A stretch of DNA of 64,000 nt. Origin: Azolla caroliniana (taxonomy: Eukaryota > Plantae > Polypodiophyta). Under the pieces are notes generated by a model. The model did no database searches, had not been told where the DNA came from, and saw only the letters and a program-made list of their open reading frames with translations. Position 1 is the stretch's first letter; each line of letters begins with the position of its first letter. Below, piece after piece: positions 63,070-64,000 of this stretch. The stretch covers positions 3,534,001 to 3,598,000 of the forward strand of contig JBHGNT010000005.1 of assembly GCA_043228905.1 (NCBI GenBank), read 5' to 3'. A program made the position numbers and the translations under genes.

Positions 63070-64000
63070 GTGTTGCCAAATGCATAATATGCTCTCTTTC
63101 CCACCTCTCAATGACGGGTAGCACATTCATTCCATCTATGATTTGAAGGAACTTCAAGGCCAAAATATTTAAAGCAGTCCACTATATCAAGTGGCTCATT
63201 ATTGTATACAATGCATTGTTTATCTTTATTTTGTCTCTTCACAAACATAATCTTTGTTTTAGAGCTATCGACACTCAATTTAGTATGCATGCAAAAAACT
63301 TCTAATGCTCTTGTAAGCTTTTGTGCATCTCCGAAAGTATTTGAAAAAGTATCATATCATCTGCCAACAACAAAAGCATGATGACTACATTCCCAATTAC
63401 AACTCTGTCAATATCTTTTTCCGTTACAAACTTGTCAAGCATCTGTTCTAATTTATCAATGCATAGACCAAATAGAGTTGGAGAGAGTGGGGATCCTTGC
63501 TTAACACCAATACTGCTATTGAAATGCTATACTGTTTTCCAAAGACAACTTGTCTACAAGCTCTCTTTTCATTGTTTCTAACGTATGCACTTACCTTTGA
63601 TTCTATTATACATTCAAATAGTGTTGCCATTAGTGAGCTGATTGTGATGATTCAATACTTATTTACATGTATTCCTTTATGTAAAGGTTTGATCTAATTC
63701 GTAGTCTAGTCGTAAGGCATGCCATATTGCAATGCATGATTAAATACATTACTCATCCATGCATGTGCTTCCTTTATTGTCCATTTGAGCATTTGGCCGT
63801 TATACATTGGAGATCTCTTGCCTTTGGAGAGGCAAATTTCTTAAGTTGTATGCATATATCTTCAATTGTAATGAAGGGAGGTACGTGAAAAAGAACCTTA
63901 ACACAATCTTTTCAGCAATTGATAGCTCATATAGTATCTTACATGGATAAACAAGTTCATAAGAGTTAGTCACCATAACTCTCGACACATTTCCCTTTAA
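63070..64000 (-). mobile_element. LINE (RTE/L2-like) reverse transcriptase remnant
   Basis: Minus-strand fragments GVKQGSPLSPTLFGLCIDKLEQML, LLADDMILFS and SSKTKIMF..FKYFGLE, with frameshifts. Confidence 0.75.

Overview
AT-rich, intron-containing plant nuclear DNA with many (CT)n/(AG)n/(GT)n microsatellites. The PLS-PPR style suggests a fern, possibly a small-genome water fern given the gene density; this is inference only. Reading splice sites by eye gives 11 well-supported protein genes: a GT2-family glycosyltransferase, a clavaminate-synthase-like TauD dioxygenase, a secreted HAD-IIIB acid phosphatase, a low-MW Tyr phosphatase, V-ATPase subunit c'', an 88-aa three-domain metallothionein missing from the ORF track, a PLS-class PPR, PGAP3/Per1, a GPI-anchored phytocyanin, an intronless WW-TGS1 and an isochorismatase-family hydrolase. 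There is also a candidate 55-aa single-TM microprotein gene. Mobile DNA includes a Tc1/mariner(pogo)-type TIR element carrying an intronless SFT1/Bet1-like SNARE pseudogene, two hAT MITEs with 8-bp TSDs (one with its empty site preserved in a paralogous duplicate), a solo LTR with a perfect 5-bp TSD, and Ty3/gypsy and LINE remnants. The most notable items are the His-less 20-Cys Ec-like metallothionein, the gene-capturing TIR element, and an ERSE-like triple promoter followed by a ~2 kb leader built from duplicated intron/acceptor modules.
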